DNA from: an uncultured delta proteobacterium | GTDB lineage: Bacteria; Myxococcota_A; Polyangia; Polyangiales; Polyangiaceae | Direction of reading: 5' to 3' | Length of the DNA: 64,000 nucleotides | NCBI GenBank assembly: GCA_963850305.1 | Contig: CAWKKR010000001.1 | Location: 800,001 to 864,000, forward strand | Shown: positions 10,734 to 21,014 of the stretch, one piece after another | How positions within the stretch are numbered: the stretch's first letter is position 1 | Layout of the letters: each line of letters begins with the position of its first letter | Program-made: the position numbers and the translations under genes | Notes under the pieces: model-generated | Database searches by the model: none | What the model saw: only the letters and a program-made list of their open reading frames with translations | What the model was told of the DNA's origin: nothing

Positions 10734-11045
10734 TCAGAGTTCGCCGCGTTTTGCCTTGTCGATCCAGCGACCGATCTCCCGATCGACGGCGCCGAGCGCC
10801 CGGTCCTTGAACGGCCGGAGAAGGAACGGCACGTCGAGGTCCATGTCGATCGAGTGCGGGCGCACCTCCAGCACGCCGCGGAGGGTGATCCCCTTCGCGG
10901 TGAACGAAATGTCTGCGCGGTCGTCGCTCGTCCAGTTTGCGGTCGGATGGTACTTGGCGTAGCGCTCGCCGTAGGCCGCGAACGCCGCCATGGCTGCCTT
11001 CTTCGCCGTCTCTCTTCCGAGATCATGGGAAACGCTGTGCTTCAT
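10734..11045 (-). CDS. Putative polyhydroxyalkanoic acid system protein (PHA_gran_rgn-like)
   Basis: MKHSVSHDLGRETAK...LDVPFLLRPFKDRALGAVDREI pattern; ATGA overlap with the upstream gene stop. Confidence 0.7.
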   Translation of the reverse strand: MKHSVSHDLGRETAKKAAMAAFAAYGERYAKYHPTANWTSDDRADISFTAKGITLRGVLEVRPHSIDMDLDVPFLLRPFKDRALGAVDREIGRWIDKAKRGEL

Positions 11046-11968
11046 TTCCGGTCCTCTCCGAGATCCTGCCAGGCGCGTTCTCGACGGAGTTCCCGCGCTT
11101 TGCTCGCGACGTGGGCGAGCGCCCGATCCCTGTACCATCGCCCGCGTTCGGCGTCCTCCAGCAGCAGGAAACTCGATTCCGCGTCCACGATGACGGATTC
11201 CATCTCCCGGAGCAGGCCGGCGAGGGCGACGTGCGTTGCCGCACGGCGCGGGTCGAGCCCCGCCGCACCCCCGACCCCGACGACCAGACCGATGAGCCGC
11301 TCGCGCAGGGGCTCCGGAAAGCGGTATCGGGCGCCGAGCGAGACTAGATAGCCGAGGAGCGCGCCGTTCACGTGGATGTCCTCGATCGTGCGAAACGCCT
11401 TCGTGAAGTCCGTGTACCCGTCGCCTGGGAGCACCTGGTCCGGTGTGACGCGGACCGCGTCGAAGGCCAGCTCCGCGTGGGGCACTTCCGGGACGAACGG
11501 CGGTGCCGGCATCGGGGTCACCTTGATTTTGGGGGCACCCGCATCGACCCTGACGGCGCGCAACCGGGGCCGGTTCGCGTCATCCACGCCGGTGGTCGCG
11601 ATGACGACCAGCACGTCGGAGAGGGGAGCCATGGTGCTGAAGCGCTTGCTCCCGGTGAGCACGAATTCGTCCCCGTGCGCCTCGAGCCGCGTCGCGATCG
11701 CCCGCGGGTGATTCCCGGCGTCTTCGGTCACGCAGAACGACGCGATCGACTCCGGCCCGAGCGACGGGACCAGCGCGTGGAGTGCCGCTTCGTACCCCGC
11801 CGCGAACGCGAACCCGACCCGGTCCGCGACGAACCCGGCCGCGACGGCGCGCTCCGCGGGCGCGGGGAAACGGTCGCGGACCGACTTCGTCAGGGACCAC
11901 CACTGCCGCAGATCCGTAGCGGGGACCACGGGCGGCCGCTCGCGGAGCAGGAACTCGAGAAGAGACAT
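11042..11968 (-). CDS. Acyl-CoA dehydrogenase-like protein (short form)
   Basis: ATG at 11968; ASFCVTEDAGNHP, FVLTGSKRFST, VPHAELAFDAV, FRTIEDIHV. Confidence 0.8.
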   Translation of the reverse strand: MSLLEFLLRERPPVVPATDLRQWWSLTKSVRDRFPAPAERAVAAGFVADRVGFAFAAGYEAALHALVPSLGPESIASFCVTEDAGNHPRAIATRLEAHGDEFVLTGSKRFSTMAPLSDVLVVIATTGVDDANRPRLRAVRVDAGAPKIKVTPMPAPPFVPEVPHAELAFDAVRVTPDQVLPGDGYTDFTKAFRTIEDIHVNGALLGYLVSLGARYRFPEPLRERLIGLVVGVGGAAGLDPRRAATHVALAGLLREMESVIVDAESSFLLLEDAERGRWYRDRALAHVASKARELRRERAWQDLGEDRK

Positions 11969-11979
11969 CGGGTTCGCGA

Positions 11980-13050
11980 TCAGAGAAAGTGCGGCATGAC
12001 CTTTTCGGCGAAGGTCTTGATGCTCTCCGTGACGAGCTCCATCGGCACGGTGCCCATCTGCATCACGAGGATGAGCTCGTCCACGCCGATGTCCACGAAG
12101 CGCTGCACGTAGTCCCTCGCCGCGGAAGGATCGCCCACGCACACGTTCGCCGAATCTCCGGGGCGGTTTCTGTTGGCCATCGCCGCTTTCAAATCCGATT
12201 CGACAAAAAAATCTCGATGGATCGGGAGCTTTCCGACCGGTCGATCCGCGCCCATGTAGTACTTGCCGAGCGCCTCGCTGAAGAAGCGCGCCGCTCGGAA
12301 CCCGTACTCACACGCCTTGCGATCATCCTCGAGCACGAGGGTCGGCGGCGTGCAGGCGAAGTGATTGACGACCATCTCCCCGACGGGCACGGCCTTCGAC
12401 ACGGCCTCACGGTAGGCGTCCACCTTGTCCGCAAGATAGTCGTCCGACCCCATCGCGAAGTTGAGCGCGCCTAACCCCATCTTCCCGACCGCCGCAGCAG
12501 AGTCCGGCTTGGTGCACGCGGCGAACATGGGCGGGTGCGGCGATTGAACCGGCTTCGGCACGATCTGCGTCGGGGGAATGTCGAAGAATTTCCCCTTCCA
12601 CTCGAAGACGTCCCTCTTCCACATCTGCGGGATCATCGTCACTGCCTCGACCCATTGTTCGTGGAGCGTCGCGAGGTCGTTCTGGAACGCCAGCTGTTCG
12701 ACCTTCGACGAGCTCTTGCCCGAGCCCCAGTTCACCCGCCCGCCGGAGAGAACGTCGAGCGCCGCGATGCGTTCCGCGATGCGGATCGGGTGGTTGTAAC
12801 GATGCGGGAGCAGCGTCACGCCATGACCCACACGGATGCGCTCGGTTCGCGCGGCGACGAAGGAGAGAAAGATCTCCGGCGCCGACGAGTGCGAATACTC
12901 GAGCAGCCCATGGTGCTCGACCGCCCAGATCGCGTGGTACCCGAGCTTGTCCGCCAGCACCGCCTGGTCGACCGCCGTACGGAACATCGCCGCTTCGGCG
13001 CCGCGCGTGGGCTCGGAGATCTGCATCTCATAGAAAAGGGAGAACTTCAT
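11980..13050 (-). CDS. LLM-class (luciferase-like) flavin-dependent oxidoreductase
   Basis: Own ATG at 13050 (MKFSLFYEMQ); WAVEHH, SSAPEIFL, HPIRIAERIAALDVLSGGRV, PKPVQSPHPP. Confidence 0.92.
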   Translation of the reverse strand: MKFSLFYEMQISEPTRGAEAAMFRTAVDQAVLADKLGYHAIWAVEHHGLLEYSHSSAPEIFLSFVAARTERIRVGHGVTLLPHRYNHPIRIAERIAALDVLSGGRVNWGSGKSSSKVEQLAFQNDLATLHEQWVEAVTMIPQMWKRDVFEWKGKFFDIPPTQIVPKPVQSPHPPMFAACTKPDSAAAVGKMGLGALNFAMGSDDYLADKVDAYREAVSKAVPVGEMVVNHFACTPPTLVLEDDRKACEYGFRAARFFSEALGKYYMGADRPVGKLPIHRDFFVESDLKAAMANRNRPGDSANVCVGDPSAARDYVQRFVDIGVDELILVMQMGTVPMELVTESIKTFAEKVMPHFL

Positions 13051-14421
13051 GCTCTGGATGCTCCTCGCTCGAACCACGTCGACAGTCCTCTGGCGATGCG
13101 TCCCTGAACCCCGGCGGCCGCAGTCGAGCGGCGAAAACCGCTCACGATGCCGCCGAGGAGGAGCCCCGCGAACGGCTCGCCGCGCACACGGATCTTGCCG
13201 ATCATCGTCGCGGTCGCCGTATCGAGGTGGCCCGAGAGGAGTTCGAGAAACGTCTCGGCCGCGAGCGTGATCGTCGCATCGACCGGGCGCGGGATACCCC
13301 GCTTGAGACCGAGGACGCCCTCGTTCAACGACAGGCCGAAATCGCCGCCGCCCGGTCCGGTCACATCGACGTGAACGGTTATTTTCACGTTCAGGGCTTC
13401 CCGCGGCATTTCGCCTCTGCCGCGCGCGAGCCGCGCGAGTCGGGGCACCATACCCAGAAAATAATCGGATCCGGGGGTCGGGCTCCGCGCGCACGTTCTT
13501 GCCGAACGCGATCGCGACGTCCGCGCTCGTCGGGTAGCGCGGCTTCCACCCGAGGACGTCCCGCGCTTTCCGTCCGTCCACGATCATGTCGTGCTCGCCT
13601 GCCTGAATCCACCCGAGCTCGACCCGATGCTCGCCGAGCAACGGCGCGAGCGCTCCCGTCGCTCGCGCGGCCGCGTCGACCACCTTCTTGGGGAGCTTGC
13701 GCGCCTGAAAGCCCGCGAGCCGGGCGAGCTCTTGCCCTGAAAGCGGATCGCTCGCCACGAGGTTGAAAGCCCCGCGCGCGGTGCCCGTGACGGCGAGGAC
13801 AATCGCATCGGCTACGTCCTCGTCCCAGACGATGGGCCCTCGAGCTTCGCTGACGAGAGGCATGACGCGCCGGCGCAAGAATCGCTCGCTCACGTGCGCG
13901 ATCCGACGCCCGACGAGAATGCCCGGCCGCAAGCGAACGACGGCAACGTCCGAGTGCGCCGCTTCGAAAGTGTCGAGGTACTCTTCGACCTCGTACTTGT
14001 TGTCCGCGTACACGAGCGTCGGACTTCCGCGACGCGGCGTCATCTCAGTGATGGGGTTCGGATGTCGGACCCCGACGCCATAGGCAGCAACGGACGAGAC
14101 GTGCACGATCCGGCCGACCTCGTGTTGCGCTGCCGCATCGAAGATTCTCTTGCTACCCTCGACGTTGACGGCTCGCATCGTCTCGACGGACGCGCGCCGC
14201 GCGACGATGAACGCGAGGTGCACGAGCACGTCCGCGCCCTCGAGGTGCCGCTCGAGGCCGGGGTCCCGCATATCGCCGATTCTCCAGTCGATTCGCGCGC
14301 TCGGAACGACGGGCGGTACGAGGTCGAGACAGACGATCTTCTTGATCTTTCGCGTGAGCACGAGGCGCTCGAGCACCAGGGTGCCGAGCTGACCGGAGCC
14401 TCCCGTCACGACAACCTTCAT
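13047..14421 (-). CDS. NAD-dependent epimerase/dehydratase fused to C-terminal SCP2 sterol-binding domain (+1 frameshift at ~13458-13461)
   Basis: VVVTGGSGQLG, HLAF, HVSSVAAYG, YADNK. One base removed from a T-run gives IRLFLGMVPRL and continues into an SCP2-like domain (DATITLAAETFLELLSG...MIGKIRVRG) ending ATGA at the LLM start. Confidence 0.85.
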
Positions 14422-14504
14422 GCGCGCCTATCCATGCCCAGAGTGCCGCAAATATCCGCTACGCTCACCAGCGTAAAGCTCTTTCTCCTCCGCCGAGAGC
14501 CCAC

Positions 14505-15668
14505 ATGACCACGCCAGCGCTCGGAAACCGTCTGCGGTTTCTCAAACAGTCCGAGATTCGCAAGATGACCATCGAGTGCGCGCGCGTCGGCGGGCTCAAT
14601 CTCTCGCAAGGCGTTTGCGACACGCCGCCGCCAGCGATCGTTCAGCAGGCGGCCCGTGACGCCATTGCGGAGGGCTGCAACACCTACACGCGCTACGACG
14701 GCCTGCCCGAGCTCCGGACGGCGATTGCCAGGAAGCTTGCGAAGGAAAACGGCATCGACGTCACCGGCGACGGCGACGTCGTGGTGACGAGCGGCTCGTC
14801 GTCCGCGTTTTACGGCGCGTGCCTCGCCGTCCTCGACCCTGGCGACGAGGTCGTCTTGTTCGAGCCGTTCTACGGCTATCACCTCGACACCTTGACGGCT
14901 CTCGGCGTCGAGGCGCGCGTCGTGACCATGCGCCCCCCCGGGTGGACATTTCACCCCGACGACCTGCGCGGCGCGATCGGGCCTCGCACGCGGGCCATCG
15001 TCGTCAATACGCCCTCGAACCCGTGTGGCAAGGTGTGGACTCACACGGAACTCGAGCTCGTCGCGACGATCGCCGAGGAGCACGACCTGTTCGTCCTCAC
15101 TGACGAGATCTACGAGTATTTCGTCTACGACGGGCGGCGGCATGTGAGCCCCGCGTCGCTGCCGTCGCTTCGGGATCGCACGATCACGATCAGCGGGTTC
15201 TCGAAGACGTTCTCGATCACCGGCTGGCGCATCGGGTTCAGCGCAGGCAAGCGCGAGCATCTCGAGCGGCTCGGCCTCGTGAACGACCTGGTCTACATCT
15301 GTGCTCCGGCGCCGCTCCAGCGCGGCGTCGCCCGTGCGCTCGAAACCCTCGACGCGTCCTTTTACGACGACCTCGCTACGGAGTATCTCGCGAAGAGGGA
15401 CAAGATCTGCGCCGCACTCGACCGCGCTGGCCTTCCGCCAATCGTTCCCCAGGGCGCATACTACGTGCTCGCCGACACGTCGCGGCTCCCCGGAGACACG
15501 AGCAAGGCGCGGGTGATGCACTTGCTCGAAAAGACCGGCGTCGCCGCCGTTCCGGGAGATGCATTCTACGCCGGACCGGGGGGGAACGCGCTCGCTCGGT
15601 TCTGTTTTGCCAAGACGAGCACGGACCTGGACGATGCGTGCCGGCGGCTCGAGCGCTCGTCCGTCTGA
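14505..15668 (+). CDS. PLP-dependent aminotransferase class I/II
   Basis: NLSQG, NTPSNPCG, DEIY, SGFSKTFSITGWRIG, ARFCFAK. Confidence 0.93.
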   Translation: MTTPALGNRLRFLKQSEIRKMTIECARVGGLNLSQGVCDTPPPAIVQQAARDAIAEGCNTYTRYDGLPELRTAIARKLAKENGIDVTGDGDVVVTSGSSSAFYGACLAVLDPGDEVVLFEPFYGYHLDTLTALGVEARVVTMRPPGWTFHPDDLRGAIGPRTRAIVVNTPSNPCGKVWTHTELELVATIAEEHDLFVLTDEIYEYFVYDGRRHVSPASLPSLRDRTITISGFSKTFSITGWRIGFSAGKREHLERLGLVNDLVYICAPAPLQRGVARALETLDASFYDDLATEYLAKRDKICAALDRAGLPPIVPQGAYYVLADTSRLPGDTSKARVMHLLEKTGVAAVPGDAFYAGPGGNALARFCFAKTSTDLDDACRRLERSSV

Positions 15669-15682
15669 TCTGCGAGGATCGA

Positions 15683-16813
15683 ATGCAACTCGACGAGTCG
15701 TACGAACTTTATCGACGGACCTGCCTCAAGTTCACGGAAGAGTGCATCGCGCCGAACGTCGCTGCGTGGGAAGAAGCTGGCGAGTTTCCGGTCGAGCTAT
15801 ACCGGAGGGCGGCGAGTGCGGGCATCCTCGGCGTGACGTTTCCCGAGGAATACGGGGGTGGCGGCGGCGATCTGTTCCACGCCATCGTCACGACGGAGAC
15901 GCTGCTCACGGCGGGGTCCACCGGTGTCGCGGCTGGCCTCGGCTCGCTCGGGATCGCCCTGCCGCCCATCTTCTTTCTCGGGTCGGACGCGCAGAAACGC
16001 AGGTTCCTCCCGCCGGTGCTCGCGGGCGAAAAGATCGCGGCCCTGGCCATAACGGAGCCCGGCGCGGGCAGCGACGTGAGCGGCGTCACGACGCGCGCCG
16101 AGCGCCGCGGCGATGGCTACGTCCTGAACGGCGCCAAGACATTCATCACGAGCGGCGTCCGGGCGGATTTCGTGTCCGTGCTCGCGCGCACGGGGCCCGA
16201 CCCGCACGGCGGGCTCACATTCTTCGTCGTCGAGAAGGGCATGAAGGGCTTCTCGGTCTCGCGCGCGCTCAGGAAGACGGGCTGGTGGGCGAGTGACACC
16301 GCGGAGCTCGCGTTCGACGACGTCGAGGTCCCCGAGGAAAATCGCATCGGAGACGAGGGGTCTGGTTTCGTCGCTCTCATGCGAAACTTCCAAACCGAAC
16401 GACTGGGTCTCGCCGTCATGGGACACGCCACCGCAGAAATCATGCTCGAAGACGCACTCGCGTACGCGAAGCGGCGCCACGCGTTCGGCCGCCCGCTCGC
16501 AGGGTTTCAGGTGACGCGTCACAAGCTCGCGGAAATGGCGACCCTCGTGAACGTCGCGAAGAGCTACAATTATGACCTCGCGCGGCGCGTGACGAACGGC
16601 GAGTACCTCGTCGGAGAAACGAGCATGGCGAAGAATTTTTCCTCCGAGGTCGCGATGAAGGTCTCCTACGAAGCCGTGCAGATCCTGGGCGGTATGGGTT
16701 ACATGCGGGAGACGCGGGTCGAACGCCTGTCGCGAGACGCCCGGCTCTTGCCCATCGGCGGAGGCACGACCGAGATAATGAACGAGATCATCGCCAAGAG
16801 GCTCGGATTATGA
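15683..16813 (+). CDS. Acyl-CoA dehydrogenase
   Basis: ATG 15683 after GAGG; ALAITEPGAGSD, LNGAKTFITSG, QILGGMGY, IGGGTTEIM. Confidence 0.95.
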   Translation: MQLDESYELYRRTCLKFTEECIAPNVAAWEEAGEFPVELYRRAASAGILGVTFPEEYGGGGGDLFHAIVTTETLLTAGSTGVAAGLGSLGIALPPIFFLGSDAQKRRFLPPVLAGEKIAALAITEPGAGSDVSGVTTRAERRGDGYVLNGAKTFITSGVRADFVSVLARTGPDPHGGLTFFVVEKGMKGFSVSRALRKTGWWASDTAELAFDDVEVPEENRIGDEGSGFVALMRNFQTERLGLAVMGHATAEIMLEDALAYAKRRHAFGRPLAGFQVTRHKLAEMATLVNVAKSYNYDLARRVTNGEYLVGETSMAKNFSSEVAMKVSYEAVQILGGMGYMRETRVERLSRDARLLPIGGGTTEIMNEIIAKRLGL

Positions 16814-17709
16814 TCGGCATCGACATGGGCGGGACGAGCGTGAAGATCGCCGACATCGAAGGCGTCGAGGTCCTCCAGTCCGCGAACATCCTCACACCGG
16901 TCGGACAGACACCGGATCGCATTCTCGATCAGATCGCCGCCGCCGTTCACGTGCTGGATCCGTCGCCGCGGGAGCTCGGCATGGCGATTCCGGGCGAGGT
17001 AGACAGTGACGGCAAATGCTATCGCCTTCCGAATATTCCGGGTTTCGAGGACGTCCAGATCGCACGTGAGCTATCGAAGCGCACGGGGGCGACCGTCACG
17101 GTGGAGAACGACGCGACCACTGCGGCGTACGGCGAGGCGCTCTTCGGACACGGGCGTGAACACGCGAGCTTCCTCATGGTCACGCTCGGCACGGGCATCG
17201 GAGGCGGCCTCGTGCTCGGGCGGCGGCTCATTCGCGGCTCGCACGGCTTCGCGGCGGAGATTGGCCACCTCACGGTCGACTCGGCACCGGACGCTCGGGC
17301 CTGCGCGTGCCGCAACCGCGGCTGTCTCGAAGCGTACGCGGGCACGCACGCCCTGCTCGATTTCTTCGCTGCCGCAGGCGGCACCGCGCACGAAATCGTG
17401 CAGGTGGCCGACAGCGCGCATCGCGGCGAAGCCGCCGGGATCGGCGCGTTCGATCGCATGGCGGACGCGCTCGCCATCGCGCTGAACTCGATTCAAAACA
17501 TGCTCGACCTCGACGCCGTGGTCTTCGCGGGCGGCATCTCCAAGTCGTTCGACCTCGTCGAACCGCGGTTGCGCGAACGCCTGCGTGCGCGGTGCTTCGC
17601 CAAGCCCCTCGGCGAAGTGCCGCTCCTCGTCAGCAAGCTCGGCAGCGCCGCCGGCGTGGTCGGCGCCGCCAATCTTCCGGGGCTCAGCCGCGCCCTGCCG
17701 CCACCCTGA
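16810..17709 (+). CDS. ROK family sugar kinase (glucokinase-like)
   Basis: IGIDMGGT, ENDA, TLGTGIGGG, EIGH...CACRNRGCLEAYA. Confidence 0.92.
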   Translation: MIGIDMGGTSVKIADIEGVEVLQSANILTPVGQTPDRILDQIAAAVHVLDPSPRELGMAIPGEVDSDGKCYRLPNIPGFEDVQIARELSKRTGATVTVENDATTAAYGEALFGHGREHASFLMVTLGTGIGGGLVLGRRLIRGSHGFAAEIGHLTVDSAPDARACACRNRGCLEAYAGTHALLDFFAAAGGTAHEIVQVADSAHRGEAAGIGAFDRMADALAIALNSIQNMLDLDAVVFAGGISKSFDLVEPRLRERLRARCFAKPLGEVPLLVSKLGSAAGVVGAANLPGLSRALPPP

Positions 17710-17767
17710 TATCGGACTTTCCAGCGCGACACCGCGGGCAACCCCTGGTCCCCGAACCACCAAACCC

Positions 17768-18745
17768 ATGAAAGCCATCATCGTCACCGAACCCGGAGGT
17801 CCGGAGAACCTGAAGCTCGCGGACGTCCATGAGCCCGCCCTCCGCGACGGGTACGTGCTCGTGGACGTCGAGGCCACGGCGTTGAATCGCGCGGACCTTT
17901 TGCAGCGCCGCGGGTTCTACCCACCACCGAAGGGCGAGACCGACATCCTCGGGCTCGAGTGCGCCGGCGTCGTCTCGGAAGTCGGAGTCGGCGTCGCGTC
18001 GCTCCGGAAGGGTGACCGCGTGATGGCGCTGTTGCCCGGTGGCGGCTACGCCGAGCGGGTCCTCGTGCACGAAAAGATGGCCGTCCCGATCCCCGCGTCA
18101 CTCGACTTTCGCCGCGCGGCGGCGATTCCGGAGGCGTTCCTGACGGCGCGTGAGGCGCTCTTCACGCTCGGTCAGGTCGCGGCGGACGACGTCGTGTTGA
18201 TCCATGCGTCCGCGGGCGGCGTCGGCTCGGCGGCAGTGCAGCTCGCGCGTCGCGCGGGGGCCACCGTCGTCGCGACCGCCGGCACCGCCGACAAGATCGC
18301 CAAGGTGAGAGCCCTCGGCGCGCACGTCGTGGTCAACTATCATGACGAGGACTTCGTCGAAGCGGTCGCCGCCGTCAGCCACGGCAAAGGGGCGAACGTC
18401 GTCCTCGACTTCGTCGGGGCGGCGTACTGGCCAAAACACGCGTCGTGCCTCGCCGTCGGCGGGCGCGTGATCGTCATCGGTATCCTCGGCGGCGCGTCGG
18501 CGGAGGTGAATCTCGCGCAGTTTCTCTCCCGCCGGTATCAGCTCCTCGGCCTCGTGATGCGCTCGCGCGATCTCTCCGACAAGATCCGGATCACGCAGGC
18601 CTTCATCCGGGAAACGCTACCCCACCTCGCGAGCGGTGCCCTCGCGCCGGTCATCGACAGCGTCTTTCCGCTGGCCGACGCCGCGAAAGCCCACGAGCGC
18701 ATGGAAGCGAACGCGAACATCGGCAAGATCGTGCTCGAGCTCTGA
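17768..18745 (+). CDS. NAD(P)H:quinone oxidoreductase (PIG3/zeta-crystallin type)
   Basis: ATG 17768; ALNRADLLQRRGFYPPP, LGLECAG, LIHASAGGVGSAAVQLA, GKIVL. Confidence 0.92.
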   Translation: MKAIIVTEPGGPENLKLADVHEPALRDGYVLVDVEATALNRADLLQRRGFYPPPKGETDILGLECAGVVSEVGVGVASLRKGDRVMALLPGGGYAERVLVHEKMAVPIPASLDFRRAAAIPEAFLTAREALFTLGQVAADDVVLIHASAGGVGSAAVQLARRAGATVVATAGTADKIAKVRALGAHVVVNYHDEDFVEAVAAVSHGKGANVVLDFVGAAYWPKHASCLAVGGRVIVIGILGGASAEVNLAQFLSRRYQLLGLVMRSRDLSDKIRITQAFIRETLPHLASGALAPVIDSVFPLADAAKAHERMEANANIGKIVLEL

Positions 18746-18879
18746 CGGCTCGGTCATCGCCGGAGTCTTCCGGGGGCGCCCCGCTGAAACGAGCGCGGCG
18801 TGAGCCCCGGGCGGCGCCGGGTCACGCCGCGCGGCACATGGCGATCTGCAGCCGCGCATGCGCGTCGAGGTCCCGAGCG

Positions 18880-19653
18880 TCACTTGACGATCCGGCGCGT
18901 CATGGTCCGCAAAGAGAGCCACGCCGCGGGCCCCAGGAGCACGAAGATGGCGGCGAGGTGCAAGGTCAGCCCGGCCGTCAGGTGCCCGCGAACGAGGGCT
19001 CGGGAGAGCTCGACGACGTGCGTGAGCGGTACCGCCTGGGACACCACCCGGACGACCTTCGGCATCTCGTCGAGCGGAAAGAAGACGCCGCCGAAGAGGT
19101 ACATCGGTGCGATGACCAGCGTGAAGTAGTAGTTGAACACCTCGTAGCTCTTCGACAGCCCCGCGACGACGAGCGCCATCGCGGAGAACAGGAGCCCCGC
19201 GAGAAACGCGAGCGGCACCACGAGCACGGCCGTCCACGAAGGGACGAGCCCGAACACCGTCGCGACCAGGAGTACGACCGTGCCGCCGAAGCACGCCTTG
19301 AGCGCGCCGAACAGGATCTCCCCCGCGACGAGCTCCGGAAGCCCGATCGGCGTCGCGAGGATCGCGTCATACGTGCCCTGCCGCTCGAGCCGCGTGTACG
19401 CGCCGAACGAGCACTCGAACGTCGCGGTGTACATCACCGTCGAGACGACCAGGCCCGGCGCGATGAACTCCGCGTACGACATGCCGTCCAGCTTCGGCAC
19501 CACGCGCCCGAGCCCGAAGCCGAGCGCGACCAGATAGAGCAGTGGTTCGCCCACGTAACCGACGGCGCTCGCCGCCGCGAGCCGCCGCCACACGACGAGG
19601 TTCCGCGCGGTCACGGCGCCCGCGTTCCGGGCGAACTCGGCGAGGTTCGTCAT
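18880..19653 (-). CDS. ABC-2 exporter permease (NodJ-like)
   Basis: ATG 19653; EPLLYLVALGFGLG, YAEFIAPGL, ILATP, FGGVFFPLDEMP. Confidence 0.88.
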   Translation of the reverse strand: MTNLAEFARNAGAVTARNLVVWRRLAAASAVGYVGEPLLYLVALGFGLGRVVPKLDGMSYAEFIAPGLVVSTVMYTATFECSFGAYTRLERQGTYDAILATPIGLPELVAGEILFGALKACFGGTVVLLVATVFGLVPSWTAVLVVPLAFLAGLLFSAMALVVAGLSKSYEVFNYYFTLVIAPMYLFGGVFFPLDEMPKVVRVVSQAVPLTHVVELSRALVRGHLTAGLTLHLAAIFVLLGPAAWLSLRTMTRRIVK

Positions 19654-20585
19654 TCGGACAGGTCGCGTCCGGCGAGGCGCAGGAAGACGTCCTCGAGCGT
19701 GGCGCGCCGCACGAGACACGGCACACGCTCGCCGCGCGCGCGTTCGAGAAGCAGAGCGAGGAGCTCGCCGTGCTCCCGAAGGAAGAACAGCCGCACGTCC
19801 CCCGCGCGCTCGGTCACGATGCCGTCGAGCGGGAGACCATCGATCACGCTTGCTTCCTTTTCGGCTGGCACGCGCAACTCCACGACCTCGGTCCCCGCGT
19901 GTTCGGCGACGAGCGCCTCGGGCGTTCCCGACGCGATGATGTGGCCATGGTCCATGATGACCAGCGTGTCGCAGAGTCGCTCGGCTTCCTCCATGTAGTG
20001 CGTCGTCAGCACGATCGTGACGCCGCGGTCCCGCAGCTCGCGGAGCTTTTGCCAGACCAGGTGACGCGCCTGTGGGTCGAGCCCCGTCGTCGGTTCGTCC
20101 AGGATCACGAGCTCGGGCTCGTTCAGGAGCGCCCGTGCGATGACGAGCCGGCGCTTCATGCCGCCGCTCAGCTCCCCGATCTGCTTTTTCCGGGCGTCCC
20201 CGAGGGACACGAAGTCGAGCAAAGCGTCGGCGCGCCTCCGCGCGACGACCGCGGGAATCTGGAAATAGCGCGCGTACACCTCCAGGTTTTCGCCGACGGA
20301 CAGGTCCGGATCGAGATTGTCGTCCTGGGGAACGACCCCGATGCGGCGGCGCACTCGTGCCCCCTCCGACGCCGGGTCGAGCCCGAGGACGCGCAGCACG
20401 CCGCTCGTCGGCGCGCTCACGGCTTGCACCATCCGCATCGTGGACGTCTTGCCCGCCCCGTTCGGCCCGAGGAACCCGAAGCACCGCCCCGCGTCGACCT
20501 GGAACGAGACGCCCGCGACGGCCTCGAAATCCCCGAAGCGCTTCCTCAAGTCCGACGCTTCGACGGCAACGAGCGGCGCGCTCAC
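19650..20585 (-). CDS. ABC exporter ATP-binding subunit (NodI-like)
   Basis: GTG 20585; GPNGAGKT, VVPQDDNLD, LSGGMKRRL, LDEPTTGLDPQARH, TTHYMEEAERLCD. Confidence 0.92.
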   Translation of the reverse strand: MSAPLVAVEASDLRKRFGDFEAVAGVSFQVDAGRCFGFLGPNGAGKTSTMRMVQAVSAPTSGVLRVLGLDPASEGARVRRRIGVVPQDDNLDPDLSVGENLEVYARYFQIPAVVARRRADALLDFVSLGDARKKQIGELSGGMKRRLVIARALLNEPELVILDEPTTGLDPQARHLVWQKLRELRDRGVTIVLTTHYMEEAERLCDTLVIMDHGHIIASGTPEALVAEHAGTEVVELRVPAEKEASVIDGLPLDGIVTERAGDVRLFFLREHGELLALLLERARGERVPCLVRRATLEDVFLRLAGRDLSE

Positions 20586-20887
20586 CCGTCCACCGACCGC
20601 AGGCGCACGAGGCCCGCACCCGGCTTGAGCACGGCCTGACACGCGAGGCGCCCCGTCGAAGGCCCCCGCAGGATCGACAGGAGCTCGGCTTCCTCGGCGT
20701 TGGGGGGCTCGAGGTATTCGGCTCCCTCCGTCACGACGACGTGGCACGTCCCGCACGTCGCCGACCGGCACGAAAACGGGATCGGCGCGTAGTGCGCATC
20801 GCACACGTCGACGAGCGCACCCCCGTCCGGCGCATCGACCGCCTTCGCCTTGCCGAACACGCTCTCCAGGAACTCGACCCGAGCCAC
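20582..20887 (-). CDS. 2Fe-2S ferredoxin
   Basis: FSCRSATCGTC...RLACQ. Confidence 0.9.
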   Translation of the reverse strand: MARVEFLESVFGKAKAVDAPDGGALVDVCDAHYAPIPFSCRSATCGTCHVVVTEGAEYLEPPNAEEAELLSILRGPSTGRLACQAVLKPGAGLVRLRSVDG

Positions 20888-21014
20888 CGGCGTGGTTTAG
20901 CTGAGCGGGAGCAGAGTTGCATGGGCCGTGTGACGGCTGGACCGATCATTCGGCCTTCTCGCCTTCCTGTGCCCTCTCTCTTCTCGACCCCCGAACCGTG
21001 CTACCCGGAGCGGC

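Noticed and set aside
11980..14421. 813-aa epimerase-luciferase fusion in the ORF track
   Set aside because: The linker is out-of-frame SCP2 sequence caused by a +1 indel in a homopolymer; the LLM gene has its own ATG at 13050 coupled to the SCP2 stop.
18880..20585. Nodulation function for the NodIJ-like exporter
   Set aside because: No nodABC; NodIJ-like exporters are widespread in non-nodulating bacteria.
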